Source of the DNA: Octopus vulgaris | Taxonomy: Eukaryota | Direction of reading: 5' to 3' | Assembly: GCA_951406725.2 (NCBI GenBank) | Contig: OX597842.1 | Location: 18,786,001-18,850,000 of the forward strand | DNA length: 64,000 bases | Part shown: piece by piece, positions 58,918 to 64,000 of the stretch | How positions within the stretch are numbered: position 1 is the stretch's first letter | Layout of the letters: each line of letters starts with the position of its first letter | Position numbers and translations under genes: made by a program | Notes under the pieces: generated by a model | Told to the model about the DNA's origin: nothing | The model's input: only the letters and a program-made list of their open reading frames with translations | Databases searched by the model: none

Positions 58918-59302
58918 CTCTATATATAAACGGCAGTTTGTCTGTGCGTGTTTCTGTGTGTCTGTTTTCTCGTACCCTCACCCTGACCACGGCTTTCAAC
59001 CGATTCTTGATGAAACTTGACACACACATAGCCCAATGTCATAATTCAAAACTAACGCAGCGAAAATTTTGAAAAAGTTCCCCCAGTTCTGAAAAAAATC
59101 GATATTCGACATGGGGTCGAGAATAAAAAAAAACAAACCACAGACTGTCTAGGGGACGCAACTCAACCTTTTTTTTACTCTCAAAAAAAATTTACCATCA
59201 TTTTTTTCCATTTTTTTGCTATTTTTTTGGCTATAACTCTCTAAAGATGCTTTATAGTTATTTCCTATTACAAACCTGAGCAACGCCGGGCGATACTGCT
59301 AG
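58917..59302 (+). mobile_element. Non-autonomous Helitron-like element (second subfamily)
   Basis: TCtctatatataaacggcag...cctgagcaacgccgggcgatactgCTAG|t. Confidence 0.8.
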
Positions 59303-61311
<2,009 letters not shown>

Positions 61312-61312
<1 letters not shown>

Positions 61313-61682
61313 TAGCAGTATCGCCCGGCGTTGCTCAGGTTTGTAAGGGAAATAACTATAAAGCATCTTAGAGAGTTATAGCCAAAAAATAGCAAAAAAA
61401 TGGAAAAAAATTATGGTAAATTGTTTTTTGAGAGTAAAAAAAGGTTGAGTTGCGTCCTCAGACAGTCTGTGGTTTGTTTTTTTTTATTCTCGACCCCATG
61501 TCGAATTTATCGATTTTTTTCAGAACTGGGGGAACTTTTCAAAATTTTCGCTGCGTTAGTTTTGAATATATGACATTATATGCGTGTGTCAAGTTTCATC
61601 AGAATCGGTTGAAAGCCGTGGTCATGATATATATATATATAGAATATACGCATATATACATACTGCCGTTTATATATAGAGA
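61312..61682 (-). mobile_element. Non-autonomous Helitron-like element, inverted relative to 58917
   Basis: a|ctagcagtatcgcccggcgttgctcagg...ctgccgtttatatatagaga. Confidence 0.8.

Positions 61683-64000
<2,318 letters not shown>

Overview
Repeat-rich, AT-rich animal genomic DNA. The SINE/LINE/microsatellite profile suggests an octopus or other cephalopod (inference). Positions 1-9018 are a ~140-bp satellite array. Positions 9382-45770 hold the 5' part of a + strand gene that the ORF track misses: a signal-peptide/LRRNT exon followed by an array of 72-bp, phase-2/2, single-LRR exons. I count 19 intact sense exons, 1 intact but inverted exon and 2 truncated pseudo-exons. They derive from a 7-exon unit (A-G) by duplication, deletion and inversion, and their amino-acid differences cluster on the concave LxxLxLxxN face. 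The introns carry SINEs, non-autonomous Helitrons in inverted pairs, mariner/Tc1 relics and hairpins. After a 100-N gap (45844-45943) there are long (TA)n tracts, RTE and CR1-like LINEs and two Helitrons. The 3' end of the LRR gene is not visible. Most ORF-track entries are microsatellite artefacts.
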